NCBI GenBank assembly: GCA_045542175.1
Contig: JAZQKN010000137.1
Location: forward strand, 8,961-72,960
Direction: 5' to 3'
DNA length: 64,000 bases
Origin: Acutalibacteraceae bacterium
GTDB taxonomy: Bacteria; Bacillota; Clostridia; Oscillospirales; Acutalibacteraceae
Position 1 is the first letter of the stretch, and every line of letters begins with the position of its first letter. Shown here in pieces: positions 49,630 to 59,355 of this stretch. The notes under the pieces were generated by a model. The model was given only the letters and a program-made list of their open reading frames with translations. It ran no database searches and was not told where the DNA came from. The position numbers and the translations under genes are program-made.

Positions 49630-50373
49630 TTACTTATTATCGCCATAAGTCTTGTAATATTTATAATATTTCTTATAGCGGTATTTGCTGTAGTATCCCT
49701 TGCCTTTTTTATCTTCATTGATTACACATCCGAGCACGTTGACGTCTGAAAGCTTAAGCTGTCTGAAACAGGTTTCAAGCTCCTTCTTTTCTGTGTAATC
49801 CTCTCTGATAACAACGATCATACCGTTTATGAATTTCGAAACCGCCAGAGCGTCGGAAACAAGGTTTACGGGAGGAAGGTCAATTATAATGCAATCGAAG
49901 TTCTGCGAAAGTGTTTTCAGAACGTTGCTCATTCTTTCAGAACCGAGAAGTTCCGAAGGATTGGGAGGCAGCGCGCCCGAAGGCATTATGTACCAGTTAT
50001 TATGTTCGGGGGATTTGAAAGTGCCCATCTGAACCGACTTTGCTCCGCGGAGCAAATCCGTAAGACCGTAAGAATTCTCTATCCCCATCTTTTTGGCAAC
50101 GCTGGGAATTCTCATATCGCCGTCGATAAGCAGAACCTTTTTTCCGCTTTCCGCCATAACGTATGAAAGGTTAACGGCTGTTGTGCTCTTGCCCTCGCCT
50201 CGCATAGCACTTGTTATGCCGATTATAGAGCATTTTTCATCTTCGGGGAGAGTAAACGAAAGATTCGTTCTTAAAAGCTTATACTGTTCAACCGCTGTAA
50301 ATTCCAGATTCTTGTGCAGGGTCTTTTTAACGTCGCTGTTTGAGAAAAAATTGTTTTTACTGTGTTTGCTCAT
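49630..50373 (-). CDS. CpsD/CapB BY-kinase
   Basis: GEGKST, LIDGDMR.P, PPNPSELL, IIDLPP, C-terminal tyrosine cluster. Confidence 0.94.
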   Translation of the reverse strand: MSKHSKNNFFSNSDVKKTLHKNLEFTAVEQYKLLRTNLSFTLPEDEKCSIIGITSAMRGEGKSTTAVNLSYVMAESGKKVLLIDGDMRIPSVAKKMGIENSYGLTDLLRGAKSVQMGTFKSPEHNNWYIMPSGALPPNPSELLGSERMSNVLKTLSQNFDCIIIDLPPVNLVSDALAVSKFINGMIVVIREDYTEKKELETCFRQLKLSDVNVLGCVINEDKKGKGYYSKYRYKKYYKYYKTYGDNK

Positions 50374-50389
50374 TTTAAATCACCTGCTT

Positions 50390-51148
50390 TCAATTCTGGT
50401 TTTTATAGCTGTTGTAGTATGAATACTTCTTTGTTCCAACGTTCATCAGATCGGGAATCCTTGCAAGAATCGGATAACCGTAATTGTTGATAACGTATTC
50501 TTCATCGTGAATTGTATTATCAAGCATTGCCAGAACAACAAGCAAGGCTACCGAAAAGAATACGCCAAGCACTAAACCGATTGCGGTATACTGTGTGATA
50601 TTCGGAGCAACTTTCTGGTTAACGGCTATAGCCGAGTCAACAACCTCCATTGAACTGCCCTCAACAATTTCAGAAACTCTCTGCGGCAAAACTTCTGCAA
50701 TTCCGTTTGCGATAAGCTTTGCTTCGTAAGGGTCGTTGCACGTTACGGTAACCTGCATAATTTCGGTTTCGTTAACAGAATCAGCTTCAATCATTTCATA
50801 AAGCTCCTGCCACGAATACTCAACACCTGTTTTTTTAATGATTTTTTCAAGTGTTGTTCTGTTTTTAAGAAGTACCGTATATGTTTTTACAAGGCTCTGT
50901 GCGGCGCTGATTTCCGACGAGCTGATGCTGAAACCAAGATCGCCTACAGTAAACGAGCTGTTGTTAACGTAAAGCATAATTGATGAAGAGTAGGTAGGAG
51001 TTATAGCAAAAGCTGCGATGGAAAAAGCAATAACGCCCGCTAAAATACCCGAAATAGCAACAACCCAGATTTTATGCCAGATATACTTCAGAATATGAAG
51101 TAAATCAATCACATAATATTCTTTTGATTCATTCTTCTTTGCTTCCAT
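50390..51148 (-). CDS. Polysaccharide chain-length determinant (CpsC/Wzz), first gene of the EPS operon
   Basis: IDLLHIL, two TM segments, TPTYSS, VVDSA....VAPN. Confidence 0.92.
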   Translation of the reverse strand: MEAKKNESKEYYVIDLLHILKYIWHKIWVVAISGILAGVIAFSIAAFAITPTYSSSIMLYVNNSSFTVGDLGFSISSSEISAAQSLVKTYTVLLKNRTTLEKIIKKTGVEYSWQELYEMIEADSVNETEIMQVTVTCNDPYEAKLIANGIAEVLPQRVSEIVEGSSMEVVDSAIAVNQKVAPNITQYTAIGLVLGVFFSVALLVVLAMLDNTIHDEEYVINNYGYPILARIPDLMNVGTKKYSYYNSYKNQN

Positions 51149-51265
51149 TTACAAATTTCTCTCCTTGAAATTTATATTATCTTATTATTTTATTATAATT
51201 ATAATATATTATATCAAAATTATATAAAAATGCAATAGTATTATGAAAATCAATCAAAAAAATTC

Positions 51266-51298
51266 AAAAACCCGCTCAGTTTAACCGAGCGGGTTTTC
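51266..51298 (-). terminator. Intrinsic terminator of the LRR protein gene
   Basis: AAAACCCGCTC / GAGCGGGTTTT. Confidence 0.75.
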
Positions 51299-51312
51299 AA
51301 AATCATCAATTA

Positions 51313-54300
51313 TTATTTCGCAAAAATTGCCTGTGTTATAACTCTGTTGAGTCTGAAAAGATTCTTGAAGAACGATACTATCTTTTGCCAGATACCAGAA
51401 TCAACCTTCACCTTCTGAGAATCGGAAATCTCATTTCCGTTCTCGTCGGTAAGCACGGCACCTGTGCTGTCGACAAGCTTAACTTCAACTGTTTTTTCGC
51501 CGCTTTCAAAGTTTAAGCTGAATGTTTCTCCCTCAGCTTCAAACTTGCCGTCAACGTACCAATATATTTTTACGCCGTCTATATTGTCTGTTGTCACAGC
51601 GGTAAGCTTGAGCGTTTCGCCATACTTAATCTTCGCTGTGCCCGGATTGTTTCTGATTGAGATACGAACAGCTTTTTTCGACTGTTCATAAGCGATATGT
51701 TCGTTATATTCGCCCTCGTCCTCAAATCTTTCTCCGCATCCGTCATACGGACAAGTATAGATTATTTTCTCAAACACAGCAACAAATTCAAGGTTTTCCG
51801 CAGGCATCGTTTCGGGAATTTCAGGAGTCCAGCCGATAAAATTATATCCGTATTTTTCAGGATCGGCGGGTTTAAGAATTTCACTGCCGTAAAGATAGCT
51901 TTCGGAAGTTATATTTCCGTCATTATTCCAGCTTACCGAATAACTGAGTCTTACAAAAACAGGCTTGATCTCTGTCGGGAAGCCGTCGCCGTAAACAATC
52001 GGAAACTCTATTTTTTCTCCGTTTTCATCCATCCAGCCGTTAAAGCCGTAACCTTCGGGAATGTCGGGTTCAGCCGGTTTGTTTACGGTTGCCCCGTAAA
52101 GGATTTCTACTGTTTCGCCGTTAATTATAACCTCGTTTATAACACGGTCAAGATACACCTTAAGAACGGTGCTTCCGTCAGGCAAAACAGCACCCGAAAC
52201 ATTGCTTTTTTCTGAATTCAGTTCAAAGCCTTTTTCAAGAATATACTCCGCCTCAACCGTTGAATCCGTTGTGCCGTAAAGGATTTCAGAACTGAAATCA
52301 TATGTTCCGTCAGCCTTCATAACATAAGTTTCAACAGTGTATTCTGTGTTTGTTAAAGGAGTCCAGACAGCGGCAAACGTTTTGCCGTCAACGGAATCCA
52401 TCACACCCACTTCGGGTGTCCATTTTTCAAAAGCGTAACCTTCTCTTGTCGGTTTATCGGGGACTGATATTCTTTTTCCGAACTCAGTAACAACAACGGT
52501 TTCGGTTGATTCATCAGCCCATTTTCCTCCGTTTGCATCAAACACGGCACAGTAACTGTCAGCACTGAACGTTGCAACAAACTCAAGATTTTCCGCAGGC
52601 ATTGTTCCGGGAATTTCGGGCACCCAGCCTGTAAATGTATAACCTGTCTTGACAGGGTCTTCGGGCTTAACTATAACTGCGCCGACGCCTGCAAGCGTCT
52701 CCGTTTCGGTACCGTCAACTATCCACTTCACCGTATATTCTTCAGGAACTACGGTAACCTTGCAGGATGCGGTATATCCGCCGTCGGAAGTTGTTACCGT
52801 AACGGTTGCCTCGCCCACGGAAACAGCCGTAATCTTTCCCGTTTCGTCAACGCCCGCAACCGTTGTGCGGTCAGATTTCCACGAAACGGACACGTCTGTG
52901 GCTTCTTCAGGAATAACCGTAGCCGTAAGCTGATAAGACGTTTTATTTGTAATGGTAATTTCTGTTTCGCTGAGCGTTACTCCCGTAACGCTGTGATTGG
53001 CACAAAGCTTGAAAACATATCCGTTTTCCTGTGCGTATTCTTTCGCAAACGCTGTCTGCGAATCCGAACAGATATATGTATCGGGTGCAATAATTTCTTC
53101 TCCGATTCGGATAACGTCAGCGGGAATGTGAACGTATTCCAGCTCATCACAGCCCGCAAATGCACCCGCTCCGATTTTCGAAACACTTTCAGGAATCTCA
53201 ATTCCGTTAAGCTTTTCGTAACCTGCAAACGCATAAGCCCCGATTTCGGTTACGCCGTCGGGAATTACACAGTATCCGAGTTCCTCTCCGCCTATGTAAA
53301 GAGTATCAGCAACGCTTGCGGGGTTTGCTTTTTCGTTGCCGAAAGCAATCGCACACCACTGTGCAAGAGTGCCGCCGTAATTAACGTTTTTAACAGCACT
53401 TTCGTCAAAAGCATCTGCTCCGATTACAGTTACGCAATCAGAAATATCAATTTCTTCAAGGGCAGAACAGCCTTTAAACGCCGACTCACCGATGCTTGAA
53501 ACTGAAGATGCAAGGTTCGTTTCACCCAACTTTTCGCAACCGTTAAAAGCGTTATCCGGAACGTTGTTTATATCTTCTTTGAAAGTGGCTTTTTCGATAT
53601 ATTCCGCATACGCACTCCACGGAGCACCGTCCTTTTCAAAATCATCAACTGCACCTGCGCCGAAAATAACGATTTCGCCATCTGCATAAAGAATCCAGAG
53701 CGCACTTTCTCCGCAGTTGCCCGAAGCCATTATTTCTCTGCCCGTTGCGTGTGCCGTACACACCTTAAAAGTAAAACCGTTTGTCTGAGCATAATCTTTT
53801 GCAAAACAGTTCTCACTTTCAGAGCAAATATATGCACCTGTATCAATTATCTCTTCGCCGATTTCGTTAACTCCCGCAGGAATATGAAGATACTCAAGAC
53901 TGCCGCAATAAAGGAAAGCATAGCTTTCTATACTTTTTATGTTTTCGGAAAGTGTAATTCCTTTAAGGTTTTCGGCGTTTGCAAAAGCACCGTTTTCAAA
54001 AGCGGTAACACTATCGGGAATTATATAAATTTCATTGTTGCTGTTTATGGGATACTGAACAAGGTATGTTTTATTCTTATCAAAAAGCACGCCGTAAGCA
54101 TCATTTGAATAGTCTGAATTGCCTTGAGCAACAACAATATTCTCCAATGCACAGTTATAAAATGCTCCGTATCCGATTTCGTTAACCGATGCAGGAACAG
54201 AAACAGTTTTAAGATTTATTCCGTTTTCAAAAGCGTTTTCCGCAATGCGTTCAACACCTTCCGCTACGGAATAATCCGTTTCAGGGTTGTTGCAAGGGAA

Positions 54301-54888
54301 TTTTATAAGCTCACTTTTGTCTTTGTTGAAAAGAACGCCGCAATTATCCGATGAATAATTCCGGTTATCGGAATCAACAGAAAAAGAGGATAAATTCATA
54401 CACCATCCGAACGCATCTTTACCTATAATTTTAACCGATGCGGGTATGGAAATCTGTTCGATTCCGCTTGCATAAAACGCTTGTGCATCAACGGTTTCAA
54501 GCGTTGAAGGGAGAACTGCCGCTTTAAGTTTTTCACAGTCGCGCAAAGCATTTTTATCAATTGATTTCAAGCTTTGAGGAAGTGATATTTCTTCAAGCGC
54601 AGAGCAATCGTAAAACGCATTGTTTCCTATTGAAACTACGCCGTCGCCAATAACCGCGGATTTAACGTGAGTACGAACCGAATACCACGGTGCTCCGCCG
54701 ACGATAAAATCACTCATATCACCCGATCCGCTGACGGTTAACGTTCCGCTCCCCACGTCAAGCGACCAGGTCAGATTATCACCGCAAGTGCCGTTATAAT
54801 CGCCGTCCTCAGCAAAAGCAAACTGCGGCAAGCATAACAACATTATTAACGCAAGTGAAAATGCAACTGTACGTCTGATTTTCAGCAT
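51313..54888 (-). CDS. BspA-type leucine-rich-repeat surface protein with Ig-like and InlB B-repeat domains
   Basis: Signal peptide; IP.SV..IG..AF..C..L repeats; Big_2-like VSWKSD..VA.VD..G; P.K.GYTF.GW repeats. Confidence 0.88.
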   Translation of the reverse strand: MLKIRRTVAFSLALIMLLCLPQFAFAEDGDYNGTCGDNLTWSLDVGSGTLTVSGSGDMSDFIVGGAPWYSVRTHVKSAVIGDGVVSIGNNAFYDCSALEEISLPQSLKSIDKNALRDCEKLKAAVLPSTLETVDAQAFYASGIEQISIPASVKIIGKDAFGWCMNLSSFSVDSDNRNYSSDNCGVLFNKDKSELIKFPCNNPETDYSVAEGVERIAENAFENGINLKTVSVPASVNEIGYGAFYNCALENIVVAQGNSDYSNDAYGVLFDKNKTYLVQYPINSNNEIYIIPDSVTAFENGAFANAENLKGITLSENIKSIESYAFLYCGSLEYLHIPAGVNEIGEEIIDTGAYICSESENCFAKDYAQTNGFTFKVCTAHATGREIMASGNCGESALWILYADGEIVIFGAGAVDDFEKDGAPWSAYAEYIEKATFKEDINNVPDNAFNGCEKLGETNLASSVSSIGESAFKGCSALEEIDISDCVTVIGADAFDESAVKNVNYGGTLAQWCAIAFGNEKANPASVADTLYIGGEELGYCVIPDGVTEIGAYAFAGYEKLNGIEIPESVSKIGAGAFAGCDELEYVHIPADVIRIGEEIIAPDTYICSDSQTAFAKEYAQENGYVFKLCANHSVTGVTLSETEITITNKTSYQLTATVIPEEATDVSVSWKSDRTTVAGVDETGKITAVSVGEATVTVTTSDGGYTASCKVTVVPEEYTVKWIVDGTETETLAGVGAVIVKPEDPVKTGYTFTGWVPEIPGTMPAENLEFVATFSADSYCAVFDANGGKWADESTETVVVTEFGKRISVPDKPTREGYAFEKWTPEVGVMDSVDGKTFAAVWTPLTNTEYTVETYVMKADGTYDFSSEILYGTTDSTVEAEYILEKGFELNSEKSNVSGAVLPDGSTVLKVYLDRVINEVIINGETVEILYGATVNKPAEPDIPEGYGFNGWMDENGEKIEFPIVYGDGFPTEIKPVFVRLSYSVSWNNDGNITSESYLYGSEILKPADPEKYGYNFIGWTPEIPETMPAENLEFVAVFEKIIYTCPYDGCGERFEDEGEYNEHIAYEQSKKAVRISIRNNPGTAKIKYGETLKLTAVTTDNIDGVKIYWYVDGKFEAEGETFSLNFESGEKTVEVKLVDSTGAVLTDENGNEISDSQKVKVDSGIWQKIVSFFKNLFRLNRVITQAIFAK

Positions 54889-55061
54889 AGAAATTCTCCT
54901 TTTTCTGAATTAATATGTAAATTGAGTAGAATTATCTGATTGTATATTATAACAGTTATTAATAAAATAATCAATAGTGATTATCGAGTTTTCGCTTGTC
55001 AAAATTCAACCGCTGTGATATAATTGCAGTATGATATTCAATATACAAAGGAGGTTTCGGG

Positions 55062-55937
55062 ATGAACGGTCAGGACGTGATAAGCTGGATTTCAGATTTT
55101 GTGAAACTGAAATCACACCGCGTAAAAAATACGTTCGGCATCAACGCCGTACATATGCTCAAATCGGTCAAAAACACAATCTGCGACAGCTTTATTGTCA
55201 CCACCGAAGACGGCAAGGTTATTGTAATCGACGGCGGATACCATGCCGAAACCAAATATTTTCTTGAATATCTGCGTCAGGCAACGGGTTTTAAAAAGCC
55301 GCATATTGATGCCTGGTTTCTCACCCACCCTCACAGTGACCACTGCGAAGTTTTTCTGAATGTTGCCGAAAAATATTCAGATAAAATAGAAATTGATAAA
55401 ATATATCTGAGCTTTGCGCCCCTCGGTTTCTATGCGGATACCGACAAAGATGCCAATGACGTCATTCGTAAATATGAACAGTTGAAACCCGTTTTTGCAG
55501 AAAAAGAGTGTATGCTCAACGTCGGAGACGATTTCAGCATAGGTGCCACAAAAATAACTGTTCTTAATTCATTCGACCCCGCGTTTACGGAATGTAACGA
55601 TTCTTCTCTTGTGTTCCGTATGGAGCTTGGCGGCAAAAGTATAATATTCACAGGCGACTGCGAAGTGCGTGCGGGAGAAAGAATTCTGAACAATCCAAAC
55701 AGTTCGTCACTTCTGAAAAGTGATATCTGCAAAATGGCACATCACGGACAAAACGGTTGCAGCAAGGAATTTTACGAAGCGGTATCGCCCGAAATATGTC
55801 TGTGGCCTGCCCCGTCGTGGGTATGGGATAACCGCAGCGGCTCTCTTCAGACTCCCGAAGTGCAAAAATGGATGCGCGACATCGGAGTTGAGAAAAATTA
55901 CGTTTCCAAGAACGGCTCTGCAGTTTTGTTTCTTTGA
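55062..55937 (+). CDS. MBL-fold metallohydrolase (ComEC/Rec2-like)
   Basis: VIDGG, THPHSDH, NDSSLV, FTGD, MAHHG. Confidence 0.88.
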   Translation: MNGQDVISWISDFVKLKSHRVKNTFGINAVHMLKSVKNTICDSFIVTTEDGKVIVIDGGYHAETKYFLEYLRQATGFKKPHIDAWFLTHPHSDHCEVFLNVAEKYSDKIEIDKIYLSFAPLGFYADTDKDANDVIRKYEQLKPVFAEKECMLNVGDDFSIGATKITVLNSFDPAFTECNDSSLVFRMELGGKSIIFTGDCEVRAGERILNNPNSSSLLKSDICKMAHHGQNGCSKEFYEAVSPEICLWPAPSWVWDNRSGSLQTPEVQKWMRDIGVEKNYVSKNGSAVLFL

Positions 55938-56050
55938 TAAAGCACTTTGTAATATCAGGAAAAACATAAAAAATATACTTTAATTTAATATTTTGTAAAC
56001 ATTATTATGCTATTCTTTAGCGAAATTAAAAACCAAAGAGGTTTAGTATT

Positions 56051-57133
56051 ATGAACAAACACCACTTAAAAACCGTCAGCTTACATATAACGGCAATTTT
56101 TACAGCATTACTGCTCTGTTTTACGTCAAACTGCATACTTTTTGCTTCTGCAACGGATAACACAAGAGAAGCACTCCCACTTTCTGCAGGCGTTGAAGCT
56201 CTCCGAGACCAATTCGAGCTCGACGTTTCGGAAGAATGCAACGGCTACGCTCTTGACTATGCCTATTACTCACCCGCAGGAGAAAACGACAGCGAAAAGT
56301 ATCCCGTTGTAATCTATCTTCACGGCATAGGCCACGGCTCATATCCCGGCTCACAGCTTGATGACAGTGAGATGGCTTATTGGGCTTCAAAGGAGCTCCA
56401 GTCAAGATGGAAGGATACAGGCGGTGCCTACATTCTTTTGCCGAGAAGCCCCGAAGACGAGCTTCAGTATTGGAACGAATCGCTTGTTGATCCGTTACGT
56501 ACTCTCATTGACAGCTTTATCAGCAAGCACGGAGAAAACGTTGACACAACCCGTATCTTCATCGGCGGTTCATCTGCGGGCGGCGAAATGACCTGGGATA
56601 TGGCAATAACTTATCCTGAATATTTTGCTGGTATTTATCCCCTTGCCGCAACCGGAACAAGATCAGTAGAGGACATCAAAAAGACAAAAGACGTTGCAAT
56701 CTGGATTTTCTCAAGCACACTCGATCCGATTGTTAATTTTCAAATGAACGTTGCCCCGACCTGGGACAAAATCCGTAAATACAGTGCAAGACCCGAAGAC
56801 TGCAGACTTTCAAAATTCGGTGCCGTTCTTAATCCCGACGGAAGCAAGGGCGATTCAAGTCACCGACTTTACACAACCATAAGCCACGACTTTTTTATGC
56901 TTGACAACTCGCCTTATCCTAACGTTACAACAACCGACGGAAACGGCAACACCGTTAACTTTGAGTATTCGGAAGGAATGATTTCGTGGATGAGTGACGT
57001 TCACTCTTCTTTCGATTCAACTCCCGCAGAAAACAGAACCGTGTTAACTGTTTTTGATTATATAACAATCAACATCAGAAACATCGCATTCAAAGTTGCG
57101 AATTTCTTCCAGCGACTCGCAGGATTCGTATAA
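56051..57133 (+). CDS. Secreted alpha/beta hydrolase (esterase/peptidase)
   Basis: Signal peptide; YPVVIYLHG.G; VDTTRIFIGGSSAGG nucleophile elbow; YPEYFA. Confidence 0.85.
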   Translation: MNKHHLKTVSLHITAIFTALLLCFTSNCILFASATDNTREALPLSAGVEALRDQFELDVSEECNGYALDYAYYSPAGENDSEKYPVVIYLHGIGHGSYPGSQLDDSEMAYWASKELQSRWKDTGGAYILLPRSPEDELQYWNESLVDPLRTLIDSFISKHGENVDTTRIFIGGSSAGGEMTWDMAITYPEYFAGIYPLAATGTRSVEDIKKTKDVAIWIFSSTLDPIVNFQMNVAPTWDKIRKYSARPEDCRLSKFGAVLNPDGSKGDSSHRLYTTISHDFFMLDNSPYPNVTTTDGNGNTVNFEYSEGMISWMSDVHSSFDSTPAENRTVLTVFDYITINIRNIAFKVANFFQRLAGFV

Positions 57134-57148
57134 TAAAGGAGTATAAAA

Positions 57149-57397
57149 ATGAATGTAGATACATTAAGAAAAAACCTGTATAAGCTCTCGGTTATCTGCT
57201 TCGTCATCGCTCTTGTAGTGTTCATTATAAATTATTTTGTGTTCCACTACGTAACCGACGACGGCATAACTCTTGTAAAACAGGCTGAGGCGGGCAAACC
57301 GTTTGTTACAAATCTTATCGGTATGCTTGGTGCGGATATGGTATTCGCTTCAATCGTTTCAGCGCTTTGTGCAAAAATTCTTTGCAGCAAAAAATAA
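57149..57397 (+). CDS. Small two-TM membrane protein
   Basis: AAGGAG RBS; two hydrophobic helices; followed by a terminator at 57414-57444. Confidence 0.75.
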   Translation: MNVDTLRKNLYKLSVICFVIALVVFIINYFVFHYVTDDGITLVKQAEAGKPFVTNLIGMLGADMVFASIVSALCAKILCSKK

Positions 57398-57586
57398 CCG
57401 TTTTTATAATCCCAAAGACCTCACCTTGTGTGGGGTCTTTTTTTGACGGATACGTCAGATTTTACCGTATTGACCCGCAATGTGTTTCCCCAGACCTGAC
57501 GTGCGGGTTTTGTGATAATACAACAAAAATCCGTAGTTGTTGCAAAAATCTGACGAATGTGATAGAATTTGGCAGAGGTGATTATT

Positions 57587-58975
57587 TTGTTTTCAGAAAT
57601 ACGAATTACCGAGAATTTTTATATCCCCTATGGCAATATGTGCTTTGTTTATGAAAAGTCTGAAAATGAAAAACTTCATAACCTTTGCGTTGATTTAGAG
57701 CAGACACTGAAGATGGATTTTGAAAGCTTTGCTCACAAAATCCGCAAAGTTCTTGAAGAGTTTGTTTTGCACGAAGAAGCTAAACGAAGAATTATTGAAT
57801 CTGAAATGAAATTCAACGTGCAAACAACCCGCGAAAGGATTACCGGCGAAATAGTCCGTGGCAAAAGTTCATACGGAGATTTGCTGGTAGATTTATGTTC
57901 AGCCTCCGAAAACCGGGAATTATTTAAAAAGATAATAACCAAACACTTCAATCTTTCTGACGGTATCAGTCAGGACGTATACATAAGCCGCTTAAAAGAA
58001 TACGTTATCAGCATTTTGCGATTTGCAAGCAAAAATTCTCATTCGGGAGAAAAATCGCAGGAGCTGGAACCCGACGACGGAGTTTGCAGAAAATATATGC
58101 GGATGCTGTATGATTTGTTAAGCGCTTATTACGGTTACACCGTTAAATATGACGGCGGCAAACTCCCGCTTGGCGATTATTATCCGGTTTCAAAAGCTCT
58201 TTGCAGAGAAAATGGGATTCATCTTCCCGAAGGTAAACATTTCTACGTACAGCAAGGCGAAAAAAGCGTTAAATACTATATTTTTTCTTCTGCCGACAAA
58301 GCAATGAAAGAAACCCAGCAAAGAGACATAGAAACAATTCAGAAATTATGGACGGATAATTTTGATTTTCCGCAGAACGTTATACCTCAGTCAGGCTTTA
58401 TTTCAAACAAAAACGGTGAAAACTTCAGATTCAGAACTTATGCTCTGCCGTCTTTTCCGCAAAGCATAACAGATGAATACATATCCTCGCTTTCTGACGA
58501 TGAAAAAATGCAGATTGTTAAAGGAATTGTCAAAGGTGTTGCTTCAATGCATAATGCAGAGCCGCCGTTTTATCACAGATGTATTTCTCCGTCTTCGTTT
58601 CTTGTTTGCAAAATCAAAAACGGTCTCAAGCCTTTCCTCATTAATTTTGACTGCGTAAAGGATACTGACAGCGATGCGGCATTTACCGTTCTTTATGCTG
58701 TAGGCGAGAAAATGGAAAGTTCCGAAAACCCCGAGCTTCTTTTTGCTCCCGAATTGCTCGATGATGAGATTATCGACAGCAATGACGTAAACTGGGCAAA
58801 AGCTGATATTTATGCCCTCGGAAGAACTCTTCTTAAGATTTTAACCAATTCATATTCCGTTCCCGAAGAAAAACCTGAATGCATAAGTTCAGAGAAATTC
58901 GATGCGCTGGTCCTTATGTGTGAAGAAAGTCCCGGAAGCCGCCCTGATTTGTCAGATATCATTAATATTTTTTAA
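57587..58975 (+). CDS. DUF4145/HEPN-like N-terminal domain fused to a degenerate Ser/Thr kinase-like domain
   Basis: KIRKVLEE and RFASKNSH motifs; kinase C-lobe HRCISP..F, INFD, FAPE, KADIYALG, P.SRP; TTG start after GAGGTG. Confidence 0.7.
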   Translation: MFSEIRITENFYIPYGNMCFVYEKSENEKLHNLCVDLEQTLKMDFESFAHKIRKVLEEFVLHEEAKRRIIESEMKFNVQTTRERITGEIVRGKSSYGDLLVDLCSASENRELFKKIITKHFNLSDGISQDVYISRLKEYVISILRFASKNSHSGEKSQELEPDDGVCRKYMRMLYDLLSAYYGYTVKYDGGKLPLGDYYPVSKALCRENGIHLPEGKHFYVQQGEKSVKYYIFSSADKAMKETQQRDIETIQKLWTDNFDFPQNVIPQSGFISNKNGENFRFRTYALPSFPQSITDEYISSLSDDEKMQIVKGIVKGVASMHNAEPPFYHRCISPSSFLVCKIKNGLKPFLINFDCVKDTDSDAAFTVLYAVGEKMESSENPELLFAPELLDDEIIDSNDVNWAKADIYALGRTLLKILTNSYSVPEEKPECISSEKFDALVLMCEESPGSRPDLSDIINIF

Positions 58976-58980
58976 AAATA

Positions 58981-59016
58981 AAAACAGACCGATGTTACCT
59001 TTCATCGGTCTGTTTT
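58981..59016. terminator. Bidirectional terminator between the pseudokinase gene and the small-ORF cluster
   Basis: AAAACAGACCGATG / CATCGGTCTGTTTT. Confidence 0.8.
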
Positions 59017-59162
59017 CGTTTTGGTCTCCTGTTGATTTTTATCAGGGTTATGCGCGAGCCGCATTCGGTGCAGCGGGGCAAGTCAAGTGGAATTGCCGTT
59101 CCGCATCTGGGGCAGAACACATTGCCTGATGTTCGGGTTGCGCCTGTCATTATCAATGACAT
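58995..59162 (-). CDS. Small zinc-ribbon protein, 55 aa (not in ORF track)
   Basis: Manual translation MSLIMTGATRTSGNVFCPRCGTAIPLDLPRCTECGSRITLIKINRRPKRKQTDER; AAAGGAG RBS; true start may be the TTG at 59156. Confidence 0.65.
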   Translation of the reverse strand: MSLIMTGATRTSGNVFCPRCGTAIPLDLPRCTECGSRITLIKINRRPKRKQTDER

Positions 59163-59172
59163 TTCTCCTTTC

Positions 59173-59313
59173 TTATCGGCGTGATTTGATTGCGTCTGCT
59201 ACGGGCTGTGCTGCGGCGATTGCTGTTCCGATGGGAATCAGCACTTTGGCGATTGTAACCGCTGTTGTTGCTGCTTTTGCGGCTGCTGTGAGCGTGAAAA
59301 ATGAAACCAGCAT
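59173..59313 (-). CDS. Small Ala-rich hydrophobic peptide, 46 aa (not in ORF track)
   Basis: MLVSFFTLTAAAKAATTAVTIAKVLIPIGTAIAAAQPVADAIKSRR; AAAGGAGG RBS 7 nt upstream. Confidence 0.7.
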   Translation of the reverse strand: MLVSFFTLTAAAKAATTAVTIAKVLIPIGTAIAAAQPVADAIKSRR

Positions 59314-59355
59314 TCTTCTTCCTCCTTTCTTTATCTGTATGATATTAAAGGCTTA

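Noticed and set aside
55062-55937. Beta-lactamase or competence protein ComEC
   Set aside because: Only the generic ComEC/Rec2-like MBL fold is present; no membrane competence domain or signal peptide.
289-57951. Numerous 60-200 aa alternative-frame and antisense ORFs in the track
   Set aside because: They overlap well-supported genes and lack RBS or motifs.
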